A stretch of DNA of 64,000 nt from NCBI GenBank assembly GCA_023245155.1, contig JAHFKV010000001.1:395034-459033 (forward strand), written 5' to 3'. The notes under the pieces are model-generated. The model searched no databases and was not told the DNA's origin. It was given only the letters and a program-made list of their open reading frames with translations. Shown piece after piece: positions 8,954-18,777 of this stretch (the first letter of the stretch is position 1; each line of letters opens with the position of its first letter). The translations under genes and the position numbers were made by a program. This DNA comes from Candidatus Staskawiczbacteria bacterium (GTDB lineage Bacteria > Patescibacteriota > Minisyncoccia > Minisyncoccales > Staskawiczbacteraceae).

Positions 8954-9647
8954 ATTTTTTGTGCTAGAGGGCGTTGATGGATCGGGCAAGGCCACACAAA
9001 CTAAATTGTTGGTGGAGGCTTTGAAAAATAAAGGATTTTTGGTGGAGAAGGTTGATTTTCCGCAGTATACCAAGGCTTCTGCCGGAATGATTGAGAATTA
9101 CTTGAAAGGCATGTATGGCAGCTCGAAGGATGTGGGGCCGTATAAGGCATCTATCTTCTATGCATGCGATCGCTATGATATGAGTTTTAAAATTAGACAG
9201 TGGCTTGGTGAGGGAAGGATGGTGATTGCCGATAGATACATTGCTTCTAATATTGGACACCAGGGCGGAAAATTAATACGAAATAAAAAAGCGTGGGACA
9301 AATATATCGATTGGTTACATCATCTAGAATTTAGTATCTTTCAGATTCCAAAACCCGATTACACGCTAATTTTAAAAATTCCTCCAGAATTATCAATGAA
9401 ATCATCCAATAAAATTGTCGATAAAGATAAAGCTAAAAAACGTGCATCATATCTGGGAGATTCAAAAAAACAAGATATTCATGAGGCCGACAGATTACAT
9501 TTAGTAAATTCTTTAAAATCTTACATAGCTATTTCAAAAAAGTATCCCACAGACTATAGAATAATTGAATGCGAAGAAAAAGGGAAATTTTTGCCGCTTG
9601 AAGTCATCCATAAAAAAGTATTAACATTGGTTGAAGGAAAAATATAA
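8940..9647 (+). CDS. tmk: thymidylate kinase
   Basis: KGKFFVLEGVDGSGKATQ P-loop and a DRY motif. The start at 8940 overlaps the mazG-like end. Confidence 0.85.
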   Translation: MKKGKFFVLEGVDGSGKATQTKLLVEALKNKGFLVEKVDFPQYTKASAGMIENYLKGMYGSSKDVGPYKASIFYACDRYDMSFKIRQWLGEGRMVIADRYIASNIGHQGGKLIRNKKAWDKYIDWLHHLEFSIFQIPKPDYTLILKIPPELSMKSSNKIVDKDKAKKRASYLGDSKKQDIHEADRLHLVNSLKSYIAISKKYPTDYRIIECEEKGKFLPLEVIHKKVLTLVEGKI

Positions 9648-11311
9648 TGGAAACTGAAAAATTTGCGCCAAATGTTGAGCAATTGAATTTTACGGATGAA
9701 GAAAAGCACTTGGTGGCTCCTTTTTTTACCAACTTAAATGGGGGAGTGTTTGGCATTACCTTTTTGCCGCCGGAAGTAATTGGAGCGCTTTGTTCAAGAA
9801 CCAGCCGGGCTAAAGATGACTTACGAGCCGTTTTTTTGAAAGAATTTATGAAGCCGTTTTTGGAAGGGGACAGCACCTATTCAGAGTCTTTAAAAGCCTT
9901 AGTTGAATTTTTGCACAAGTACCCCGTAGAAGTTATTTTTTCTAACCCAAAAGCTCGGGATTTTTACATTACTTGGCTGGCCCAATTTGGCGATGATTCT
10001 ATTGCCCAGATGGCCGGAGCGCATTTGGTATTTTCTGGCATTTCCCAAATTGCTATTAAGCATATGGAAGACATGCGGGTGGGACTGGCGCCCATTGAAA
10101 AATCAACCAGGTATGTAGATTACTCAACAAAAGTAAATGGCAGCTACAGATACTACACTGATCCGACATTGGAAGGGATGGGGCTCAAAGAAGAATACGT
10201 AAAAGCCATGGATGGACTGTTTGAAACGTATACGGAATTAATGGGCCAATACATGGAATTTTTGAAAGTGAAATTCCCGGGCGAAGAAGAGCGAGTCCTC
10301 AAAACCAAAGCCTTTGATACATTGCGCGGATTATTACCAATGGCAACCTTAAGCCAAGTGGCATTTTTTGGTAATGGGCAGGCGTTTGAGTATATGATAA
10401 ATAGAAGCTTGGATCACAAATTGGGGGAAATTCGTTGGAGCGCTCAAAAATCTTTTGAAGAATTAAGCAAATTTATTCCCGCGTTTTTGCGGCGCGTCGA
10501 AACCGAGCCGGCCAAAGTGTATCGGAATTATTTGTCGGGCAAATCAGAAAGGGTGAGAGAGGCGATTACAAAATCCGGCTACCAAGCTCATATTCCCACC
10601 GCCAAAGAGCCGAATGTGAAGCTGCTTGAATTTGATGCTGATGGAGAGAATAAAATTATCGCCAGTCTCATTTTTAAAGAAACACATGAGCCGTTTGAAT
10701 TGGTACTGGGCAAGGTGCGAGACATGTCAGAAAGTCAAAAAGAAGACATTTTAAAAGCAGCCATTAAAGACAGAACCGTAAAGTATTTTAAAACTCCGCG
10801 AGCGTTTGAAAATAGTTTTTTACGTTTTGAAATTGTCATGAACATCGGTAGTTGGCGAGATTTACACCGGCACCGGATGCACACGCAAGAAAAACAGCTA
10901 TTTACTATTTACAATGGTTTTGATGTGCCAGAATCTTTGCGCGAGGCCGGGCTAGGTGGAAAATTTATTGCGGCTATTCAAAAAACTGAAGAGGTGTTTA
11001 AAAAAATTGAGGCCAAGGATAAAGATTTAGCGCAATATGCTACGTGTATGGCACATCGGGTGCGATTTATGCAATACCAAAATATGCGTGCTTTCTTTTG
11101 GGAAGCGGAATTGCGCACCATTGCCCAAGGACATCCGGATTATCGGGATATTGAGAAAGAAAAAGTGAAACTGGTCCAGAAAATTTACCCGTTGCTTTCA
11201 AAGTATTTATTGGCAGATATGGGGAATTATGATTTTGCCCGTAGGGGAGATACCGGTGCCATTCAAAGAAAAGAAGAAGAGTTGAAAAAATATTTTAGTG
11301 GGGGGAAATAG
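9647..11311 (+). CDS. thyX: FAD-dependent thymidylate synthase ThyX, long form
   Basis: WRDLHRHRMHTQ resembles the ThyX RHRxxS signature. At 554 aa it resembles the long ThyX forms. Context is dcd-mazG-tmk. Confidence 0.6.
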   Translation: METEKFAPNVEQLNFTDEEKHLVAPFFTNLNGGVFGITFLPPEVIGALCSRTSRAKDDLRAVFLKEFMKPFLEGDSTYSESLKALVEFLHKYPVEVIFSNPKARDFYITWLAQFGDDSIAQMAGAHLVFSGISQIAIKHMEDMRVGLAPIEKSTRYVDYSTKVNGSYRYYTDPTLEGMGLKEEYVKAMDGLFETYTELMGQYMEFLKVKFPGEEERVLKTKAFDTLRGLLPMATLSQVAFFGNGQAFEYMINRSLDHKLGEIRWSAQKSFEELSKFIPAFLRRVETEPAKVYRNYLSGKSERVREAITKSGYQAHIPTAKEPNVKLLEFDADGENKIIASLIFKETHEPFELVLGKVRDMSESQKEDILKAAIKDRTVKYFKTPRAFENSFLRFEIVMNIGSWRDLHRHRMHTQEKQLFTIYNGFDVPESLREAGLGGKFIAAIQKTEEVFKKIEAKDKDLAQYATCMAHRVRFMQYQNMRAFFWEAELRTIAQGHPDYRDIEKEKVKLVQKIYPLLSKYLLADMGNYDFARRGDTGAIQRKEEELKKYFSGGK

Positions 11312-11411
11312 AGAGTTTTGCAAAAAAAAGCCGCGCTCCTGATGGGGAGAGCGGCTTGTTGGTGTTAGAAATCTGGTAAAATCTTATCATTCAAAAAAGT
11401 GTCTGTCAATG

Positions 11412-11449
11412 TTTACGATATCGTTAAGCAGTGATAAAATTGAAACATG
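11412..11449 (+). promoter_or_regulatory. promoter TTTACG-17-TAAAAT with the gatB ATG 6 nt downstream (leaderless candidate)
   Basis: TTTACG 11412-11417, TAAAAT 11435-11440, tgaaac, ATG at 11447. Confidence 0.4.
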
Positions 11450-12862
11450 TATAAACCCACCATTGGTTTAGAAATTCATGCGGAGTTGAAGACCAACTCT
11501 AAGATGTTCTGCAGTTGTAAGAATGACCCGAATGAGCGGCGCCCAAATGTAAACATCTGCGAAGTGTGTACTGCCCAGCCAGGAACCTTGCCTGTTGCCA
11601 ACGAAGAGGCCGTTAAAAAGGTAATTAAGACGGGCATGGCTTTGGATTGCAAGATTGCCACGGAATCAAAATTTGACCGCAAAAATTATTTTTATCCAGA
11701 TATTCCTAAAGGCTATCAAATTTCCCAATATGATCAGCCAATGTGTGGCAAAGGTTATTTAAAAATTGGAAATAAAAAAATTGGCATTACGCGCATTCAT
11801 TTAGAGGAAGACACGGGAAGTTCACTGCATCCAGAAGGTACTGACTATTCATTGGTGAACTTTAACCGGGCAGGCGTACCGTTGATGGAATTGGTAACTG
11901 AGCCTGATATTACCAGTGGTAAAGAAGCCAGTGACTTCGCCAAAGAATTGCAGTTGATTTTCAGGTACTTGGGAGTTTCTGATGCTGATATGGAAAAGGG
12001 GTTGATGCGCGTGGAAGTGAACATTTCGGTGAGCAAAACGAAAACATTTGGCACCAAAGTGGAAATTAAAAATTTAAATAGTTTCAAGGTGGTGGAAAAA
12101 GCCATTGATTTTGAAATCACCCGGCAAACAGAATTATTGGAAAGCGGGGGAGTGGTGTTGCAGGAAACCCGCGGCTGGAATGATAAAAAAGAAATTACCT
12201 TCAGCCAGCGGGAAAAAGAAAGCGCCCATGATTACCGTTATTTCCCAGAACCGGATTTGCCGCCTTTGCATTTTGAAAAAGAGTATTTGCAGGTCATTCA
12301 GGCTGAAATTCCGGAGTTACCCGCAAAGAAGCGGGCTAGATTTAAGAGGGAGTATGACTTAGAGGAAGCACAAATAGAAATGTTTGTGGCGCAGAAAGAT
12401 TTAAGTGAATATTTTGAAAAAACGGCTTCAGAAGCCGGAAATGAAAAAGTGTATGGCTTGATTGCTAACTATCTTATTACGGATGTGAAGGGGCTTTTGG
12501 GAAATACGGAATTTGTGGAAGAGAAGTTTAAAATCACTCCGGAAAACTTTGCTGAGTTTATTGCCATGATTTATCAGAGCGAAATTAACAGCAAAACCGC
12601 AAAAATGCTGCTACTGGAAATGTTTAACACGGGCGGGGATCCTTCTCAAATTGTTGAGGCAAACAATTGGGGACAAATGAAGGATGATGGCGCTTTGGAA
12701 AAGGTGATTGCCGAAGTAATTGCCAAAAATCCAAAACCGGTGGCGGATTATAAGGCAGGTAATAAAAACTCGTTACAATTTTTGGCGGGGCAGGTGATGA
12801 AGGAAACTCGTGGTACTGCTAACCCCACTACGGTACAGGAAATTTTAAAGAAGTTGTTGTAA
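11447..12862 (+). CDS. gatB: Asp/Glu-tRNA amidotransferase subunit B
   Basis: MYKPTIGLEIHAELKTNSKMFCSC is a canonical GatB N-terminus, with a C-terminal YqeY-like tail. Confidence 0.9.
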   Translation: MYKPTIGLEIHAELKTNSKMFCSCKNDPNERRPNVNICEVCTAQPGTLPVANEEAVKKVIKTGMALDCKIATESKFDRKNYFYPDIPKGYQISQYDQPMCGKGYLKIGNKKIGITRIHLEEDTGSSLHPEGTDYSLVNFNRAGVPLMELVTEPDITSGKEASDFAKELQLIFRYLGVSDADMEKGLMRVEVNISVSKTKTFGTKVEIKNLNSFKVVEKAIDFEITRQTELLESGGVVLQETRGWNDKKEITFSQREKESAHDYRYFPEPDLPPLHFEKEYLQVIQAEIPELPAKKRARFKREYDLEEAQIEMFVAQKDLSEYFEKTASEAGNEKVYGLIANYLITDVKGLLGNTEFVEEKFKITPENFAEFIAMIYQSEINSKTAKMLLLEMFNTGGDPSQIVEANNWGQMKDDGALEKVIAEVIAKNPKPVADYKAGNKNSLQFLAGQVMKETRGTANPTTVQEILKKLL

Positions 12863-12867
12863 TTTTA

Positions 12868-12903
12868 ACCAAAAAACGCCCCGTACGGGGCGTTTTTTGG
12901 TTG
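12868..12903. terminator. bidirectional intrinsic terminator between gatB and the convergent regulator gene
   Basis: AACCAAAAAACGCCCC gtac GGGGCGTTTTTTGGTT. Confidence 0.8.
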
Positions 12904-13629
12904 CTATGGCCGCGCCATATGCCAGAGTGAATGAAAGTATTTTTTATAATTTTCCGCCACTTCTTCGCTTTCAATATCAATTACAATAGGATCTGCTGTC
13001 CATATGAGAATAGCAACGGTGTTATTGAAAATATTCGTGCTCGCTGTAACGTAGTGTTCGTCTGGTAAATATCTGAATTCTTTTAATGCTTTGAAACCTT
13101 CTTCTGGGTTTAATTTTCTTTGGTTTTCAAAAAAGACTGTTTTTCGGTGTATTTTCTTTTTTAATCTCCTTCGTTCAAGTTCTTCATGGAATTTACCCAT
13201 TACTTGGTAGTAACGATTATCTGAGCCTCCAATAACATAATAGGTGCCACCATGTTTAAGTTCATCAATTCCCCGGGCACGCAGGGATCTTACTGCCTCG
13301 TCTCCACGTGAAACGCGCACAATAGCCCCCTTTGATGGTTTTTGCATGGCTATTAAATCAGGAACTGCCTGGCGCAATTTATATAATTTTTCTTCCTCTA
13401 TTCTTTCCAGCTGTTTTGGGTTTTCAGCTGAAACGTAGATTTTATTCTTTTTACGAACGCTAATTACCAACTTTTTATCAATGAGACTATCGATAGTCCG
13501 ATATACTATTTGTGGGTGCGCCTTGGTGGCTTTAATAATCGAAGAAACAGGGGATTCGCCCATAGTGAGGAGTAATTTATACACTTCTGATTCTCTTTTT
13601 TTCAGGCCTATTTGTTTTAATATTTCCAT
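12904..13629 (-). CDS. TrmB-family HTH transcriptional regulator
   Basis: MEILKQIGLKKRESEVYKLLLTMGESPVSSI is a typical TrmB winged-helix N-terminus. The internal Met at 13629 is preferred. A perfect TTGACA-17-TATAAT promoter lies upstream on the minus strand. Confidence 0.6.
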   Translation of the reverse strand: MEILKQIGLKKRESEVYKLLLTMGESPVSSIIKATKAHPQIVYRTIDSLIDKKLVISVRKKNKIYVSAENPKQLERIEEEKLYKLRQAVPDLIAMQKPSKGAIVRVSRGDEAVRSLRARGIDELKHGGTYYVIGGSDNRYYQVMGKFHEELERRRLKKKIHRKTVFFENQRKLNPEEGFKALKEFRYLPDEHYVTASTNIFNNTVAILIWTADPIVIDIESEEVAENYKKYFHSLWHMARP

Positions 13630-13757
13630 GTGAAGGATTTGTTGAATTATGATTGATAATATGTAGTCTTTCATCACATTATATGTGAAACATTTGCCAT
13701 TGTCAAGGATTTCACTATACTGCACATAATTCTATAAAAAGTATTAAACATAAAAAA

Positions 13758-14765
13758 ATGAGTAAGACAACAAAAATTATAACTAGTGCAATGGTGATTT
13801 TGTTAATTGTGGTTGGATTTTGGTATGCTATTTTTCATTATCAAAACCTGGCACCGACGGAAACAATGAAAGTGAGAATTGCCAGTTTACCAAATGCCCA
13901 GGGATTACCGATTTATTTAGCCTTAGAAAAGGATTACTTTAAAGATGCTGGCTTAGATGTGGCATTGCTAAAGTTTGAAGCGCCCAATCAAATTATTGAT
14001 GCTCTGTTGCAGGGCCAGGTTGATTTGACTCATCCTGGGGGAGCAACAGGAATTGCCGGTATTGCTGATTTCAAAAATCCAGGAAAACTGAAAATCTATG
14101 CGCTCTCTGGCGGAGATATGACAGTTCAGAACGATGCTATTTTAGTGAAAAATAACAGTTCCATCACCTCAATCCAAGACCTGAAAGGCAAGAAGCTTGG
14201 CATTATGGCGGGTACGATTCAGTGGCAAACAATCGCTCGTGAAATCCTTGCTCAAAATAACTTAGAGTATGACAAAGACGTAAAAATTGTTGAAATAGCC
14301 CTGGGTTTGCAAGCCCAGGCGCTTGCTTCGGGGGATGTGGATGCCGTGCTTTGTATTGAACCGGTTCCTACGATAGTAAAGGCTAAGGGTATTGGCAAGG
14401 AATTAGTTCCATTTGCCGCTGCAAAATATATTTCCAACCCCTTTTATGGTGGCGCAGGAATCATTCGTGTAGATTTTGCCAAAAAAAATCCCAACACCAC
14501 GAAAAAAGTCTTGGATGTTATTGCCAAAGCTACTGATGAAATTAATCAAAATCCTGACGCCGCAAGACAATACTTGAAAGGGTACACCCAGCTTGACGAT
14601 ACTACAATTTCAAGGGTGCCGATTTTACACTTCAAAATGTATAGTAACTTTACTCAAGATGATATTAATGCGGTACAAAAGTTCTATGATATTTTTACGA
14701 AATACAACGTTGTTAATGGGCAAATGGATTTTAAACATCTTTTATATTCACCATTGGTAAACTAA
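13758..14765 (+). CDS. ABC transporter substrate-binding protein (NMT1/SsuA/TauA-like)
   Basis: N-terminal anchor and a periplasmic-binding fold pattern, followed by ATPase and permease genes. Confidence 0.65.
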   Translation: MSKTTKIITSAMVILLIVVGFWYAIFHYQNLAPTETMKVRIASLPNAQGLPIYLALEKDYFKDAGLDVALLKFEAPNQIIDALLQGQVDLTHPGGATGIAGIADFKNPGKLKIYALSGGDMTVQNDAILVKNNSSITSIQDLKGKKLGIMAGTIQWQTIAREILAQNNLEYDKDVKIVEIALGLQAQALASGDVDAVLCIEPVPTIVKAKGIGKELVPFAAAKYISNPFYGGAGIIRVDFAKKNPNTTKKVLDVIAKATDEINQNPDAARQYLKGYTQLDDTTISRVPILHFKMYSNFTQDDINAVQKFYDIFTKYNVVNGQMDFKHLLYSPLVN

Positions 14766-15515
14766 ATGGGTACTGCAATATCAGTTCACGGTTTAAAAAA
14801 GTCTTTTAACAACACTGAAGTCTTTACGGACTTCAGTGTTGTTATTGAACAAAATAAAATAACAGCTATTTTTGGGCCAAATGGTTCCGGTAAATCAACT
14901 CTTCTTAATATTCTTTCGGGAGTCACTTTAAAAGATGATGGAGAATATCATATTAAGGATTATAGCAAATTTCAATTTAGTTATATTTTCCAAAATTATC
15001 GCGAATCACTATTGCCTTGGAGAACAAATTTTGAAAATGTAGCACTGCCACTTCAAATACAAAAGAAAGGCAAAGAAGAGATAAAACAAAGGGTTGAAGA
15101 ATTACAAAAAATCTTTGAGTTTAAATTTGACTGGAATAAATATCCCTACGAATTAAGCGGGGGACAACAGCAAATCTTGGCTTTTATGCGCGCTCTTGTC
15201 ACCAATCCAAAGGTGCTCTTTATCGATGAGCCATTTTCTGCTTTAGATTATGAAAATAACTTACTCTTGCGAGAGCATCTGCAAAGGTATTATTTGGCTT
15301 TTAAACCTACTATTTTACTAATTACTCACAATATTGAAGAAGCAGTTCATCTCGCAGAAAAAATTGTAATTTTTTCTAAAAAACCGACTAAAGTTATCGA
15401 AACCATTGATAATCCTTTACCATATCCAAGAACAGTACAATCACTAAAAGATGAAAGTTTTCATAAGGTTAAAGATGAAGTGCTTTCGGTTTTCCAAAAA
15501 GCCGCAAATGTATGA
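14766..15515 (+). CDS. ABC transporter ATP-binding protein (nitrate/sulfonate/taurine type)
   Basis: Walker A GPNGSGKST, signature LSGGQQQ, Walker B LFIDEP. Confidence 0.85.
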   Translation: MGTAISVHGLKKSFNNTEVFTDFSVVIEQNKITAIFGPNGSGKSTLLNILSGVTLKDDGEYHIKDYSKFQFSYIFQNYRESLLPWRTNFENVALPLQIQKKGKEEIKQRVEELQKIFEFKFDWNKYPYELSGGQQQILAFMRALVTNPKVLFIDEPFSALDYENNLLLREHLQRYYLAFKPTILLITHNIEEAVHLAEKIVIFSKKPTKVIETIDNPLPYPRTVQSLKDESFHKVKDEVLSVFQKAANV

Positions 15516-16255
15516 AAAGGTATACTTTTATTGGGACAGTAATTTTAATCCTAATTTGGGTTGTTGTTTCTAAACTTGGGCTTATTGATACATTCTTTTT
15601 GCCAGATCCATTCACCGTCATCAAAAAACTCATTGAACTTCTAACCAGTGGCATTATTATTGGAGATATTCTGTCGACTCTTATTAGAGTGCTATTAGCT
15701 TTTGTTATCGCATTAGTAATTGGTTTGCCAATTGGTTTATTATTAGGAAGCAAGGAAAAGCTATATAAAAGTTTTGAATTTGTCATTGATTTTTTCCGTT
15801 CAACTCCTGCCACGGCTCTTTTTCCTCTTTTTCTTCTGGTTTTCGGCATTACAGATACATCGAAAATTGCTATTGCCGCTTTCGCATCAGCCCTCATCAT
15901 TATTTTTAATACCGCCCATGGTGTGATACACTCAAAAAAATCTCGGGTATTAGCAGCTCAAATAATGGGGGCAACAAAAACACAAGTTTTCCGATGGATA
16001 TTATTTTGGGAAAGCTTGCCGCAAACTTTTATAGGATTGCGAAGCGCAGTCAGCTTGTCTTTAGTGGTTATTGTAGTAACAGAAATGTTTATTGGCACTC
16101 CCTCTGGGCTTGGCCGAAAAATTATTGACGCCCAGATAACCTACGAAATACCAACCATGTATGCAGTTATTATTTTAACCGGTATCATTGGCTACCTGCT
16201 TAATTTATTTTTTATTCTTATTGAGAAAAGATTCCTGCATTGGAGCGGTAAGTAG
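15512..16255 (+). CDS. ABC transporter permease (BPD_transp_1 type)
   Basis: 6 TM helices. Its start overlaps the ATPase stop. Confidence 0.75.
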   Translation: MKRYTFIGTVILILIWVVVSKLGLIDTFFLPDPFTVIKKLIELLTSGIIIGDILSTLIRVLLAFVIALVIGLPIGLLLGSKEKLYKSFEFVIDFFRSTPATALFPLFLLVFGITDTSKIAIAAFASALIIIFNTAHGVIHSKKSRVLAAQIMGATKTQVFRWILFWESLPQTFIGLRSAVSLSLVVIVVTEMFIGTPSGLGRKIIDAQITYEIPTMYAVIILTGIIGYLLNLFFILIEKRFLHWSGK

Positions 16256-17197
16256 GTTTTTAATCAAATTTTCTGCTTCTTTTTGATTGGTGATCCAGCG
16301 GATGCGTTTATCGCGTTTAAACCACGTCATCTGGCGTTTAGAGAAGTGCTCGGATTCTTTTTGAATGTTAGCCATCATTTCTTGTAGGGTGGTTTTTTTC
16401 TGTATATATTGTGCGACAAAACGATACTCTAGGCCCAGTTCTTCTAAGCGCCGCCAAGATAAGCCGCTTTGGTGTAACTTTTTTACTTCGATTATCATTC
16501 CTTTGAGGCGCTGCCGTAATCTTTTTTGGATGGCTTTTTTTAGTTCCTCAGGAGATTTTTTAATGCCGATTTGTAATATATTCTGATATTCTTGAGAATG
16601 TTGGAACGTTGGAACGGGTTGGCCGGTAGTTTTTACAATCTCTATGGCCCGGATAAGGCGATGCGGATTTTTGGGGTCAATACCAGCCGCGCGAACGGGG
16701 TCAAGCTTTTTAAGCATTAAAAAAAGTTGGGCAGTGGATTTTTTGTCTAGCCGCGCGCGTAGCGCGCGGCTGGGGCGAACTTCCGGAAAAACTGTACCAT
16801 CAACAATGGATTGAATATAAAGCCCCGTTCCGCCAACTAAAAAAGGCACGTGTCCTCGTGCTTGAACTTTTTCAATTGCTTGCAATGCTCCCTTCTGAAA
16901 TTGTGCCACCGTAAATCGTCGTTTCGGATTAGCTACATCTAAAAGATGATGGGGGATGCCCCGCATTTGGCGCTGGGTAATTTTCCCTGAACCGATATTC
17001 AAACCCTTGTAAACCTGCCTGGAATCAGCCGAAATAATTTCACCATTAAACTTGAAAGCAAGCTTAATTGACAAATCGGTTTTTCCCGAAGCTGTGGGCC
17101 CTAAAATCACCACTAATTTATTTCCCGATGCCCCGATTTCATCGGGGATACGGGATCCCGACTGCACTATTTTATTATATATAGTACGTCGGGACAT
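16205..17197 (-). CDS. miaA: tRNA dimethylallyltransferase
   Basis: VVILGPTASGKTDLS P-loop and ISADSRQVYKGLNIGSGK. The TAATG junction overlaps the upstream gene. Confidence 0.85.
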   Translation of the reverse strand: MSRRTIYNKIVQSGSRIPDEIGASGNKLVVILGPTASGKTDLSIKLAFKFNGEIISADSRQVYKGLNIGSGKITQRQMRGIPHHLLDVANPKRRFTVAQFQKGALQAIEKVQARGHVPFLVGGTGLYIQSIVDGTVFPEVRPSRALRARLDKKSTAQLFLMLKKLDPVRAAGIDPKNPHRLIRAIEIVKTTGQPVPTFQHSQEYQNILQIGIKKSPEELKKAIQKRLRQRLKGMIIEVKKLHQSGLSWRRLEELGLEYRFVAQYIQKKTTLQEMMANIQKESEHFSKRQMTWFKRDKRIRWITNQKEAENLIKNLLTAPMQESFLNKNKK

Positions 17198-18777
17198 TAC
17201 CGCATTTCTTCTTTTTTGTCTTTGATAAAGTATCTCCAGCGTTCTAAAAATTCAATGAAGCCGGAAAAGGGCATATCAATTAAAGCGTTGAAAAAAGCAG
17301 TAATGGCGTTGTAGCGCTTCCATTTGTTACTCATCCATCTGCCAACGCCCGCAATGGGCAAGAGCAAAATGTCTGAAATAAACATGAAAATTCCACTAGA
17401 CTCATCTTCAATGGTAAGTTCTTCAGATCGTCCCCGGACCGCTGTACCCGCAAACAAAATCAGGGCGATAAAGATAATGTTAATGACAATAGAATGCAGT
17501 GGGAATTGTAAGGCGCTAAACGCCCAGTAAATCAAACTGAAAGAAATCACAGCTCCCAATAGATAAATAAACGAAAGTACCAACCGTGTAATCACACCTC
17601 TTTTTCGGGGGGATTTTATTTCATATATATCCGGTTTTTCTTTTTTGTAGACGATTTTCATGGTTTCCATGGTAGCCAGCGTCATGTTTTTGGCCGAAGG
17701 CGGTTTAATGGTGATAATCAGCACTGCCATTAATAGCGTAGGGATGAGCACATCGGCCGCCAGTGAAATAAAGCTGACATGCCCGCTGAACAGTTTTGCC
17801 AGAATAATTTCTAGAACTACCAACGACAAAATTTTAGTGATAAAAATAGAAGCTGTAGAATACACCGCCGCCCTGCGAATTTTTGTTTTTAACAAGCTTA
17901 ACCGTTTTGCGTAAGCATTGCGCACCGCTCCTTCCAAAGCTGACGGATCTTCCAGTTGGATGGTTTGATTTTTTGATAAAATGTCTCCCAGCAACAAATA
18001 CGGTGTGTCATATTTTTCGCAAATAGCATAGAATTTTTTGCCTAGAGGATGATTTAAGTCTCGTTCAATGTTCTGTAATATGGTAGAAATATTTTTGGAT
18101 ATATCCAAGAGTTCTTCTTGTGAAGGCCTGTCCCAATAGTTAAATTTATATTTTAACAAGTTGTAGCTGATAATGGGACTGTCAAACTTGAATAATGCCT
18201 GTTGAACGGCAATGTATATTTGCGTATCAGTTTCTTCGCGCTTGAGAAGGCCAGATGTATAAACACCGTCAGCAACCTTGATGCGTTCTTTCATGTAAGA
18301 AAACATAAAGTCTATCAGAGCCATTTCTTTTAACGAAGGGGCTAATGTCTCTTCAATTTCACAGGCGGCAATTTCCAAAAGCTGATTCTTAGTTTCAGCA
18401 TTGTTTTTTACAATAAAGACATATTTTTCAATAATGCGCTGAACATCTTGGATTTTTGATTCTTCAATCGTGTCATTGAGGAAAAATCCGCCACGGATAA
18501 ATTCCATCACCAAGGGCTCCGCCATGCCAGCTGCCGCGAAATTATTCAGTTCTAAATCTAAAAATCGGCGTTTGAGTTTCCGGATAATGGCCGCCCGGCG
18601 CATGAGATGTTCCTCTTTCCAGTCAATGATGGTGCGGATGTGTTCGTAAAAAGCGGCCACCCGTGAAGCCACTTCATCAACATGAATGGTACTGACACCT
18701 TCTTTTGGCTGGAGTGACGCTTGCCAAAAAGTATATTGCTCTATCAATTGCCTTGTTTTTGATGAAAGTTCGTTCAT
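17197..18777 (-). CDS. hypothetical multi-pass membrane protein
   Basis: 526 aa with a soluble N-terminal half and several C-terminal TM helices; no family recognised. Confidence 0.45.
   Translation of the reverse strand: MNELSSKTRQLIEQYTFWQASLQPKEGVSTIHVDEVASRVAAFYEHIRTIIDWKEEHLMRRAAIIRKLKRRFLDLELNNFAAAGMAEPLVMEFIRGGFFLNDTIEESKIQDVQRIIEKYVFIVKNNAETKNQLLEIAACEIEETLAPSLKEMALIDFMFSYMKERIKVADGVYTSGLLKREETDTQIYIAVQQALFKFDSPIISYNLLKYKFNYWDRPSQEELLDISKNISTILQNIERDLNHPLGKKFYAICEKYDTPYLLLGDILSKNQTIQLEDPSALEGAVRNAYAKRLSLLKTKIRRAAVYSTASIFITKILSLVVLEIILAKLFSGHVSFISLAADVLIPTLLMAVLIITIKPPSAKNMTLATMETMKIVYKKEKPDIYEIKSPRKRGVITRLVLSFIYLLGAVISFSLIYWAFSALQFPLHSIVINIIFIALILFAGTAVRGRSEELTIEDESSGIFMFISDILLLPIAGVGRWMSNKWKRYNAITAFFNALIDMPFSGFIEFLERWRYFIKDKKEEMR

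Noticed and set aside
16205-16255. 51-nt convergent overlap between the ABC permease and miaA 3' ends as a regulatory antisense arrangement
   Set aside because: It is most simply explained by low-complexity Lys/Asn-rich tails in AT-rich DNA extending both ORFs. There is no supporting structure.
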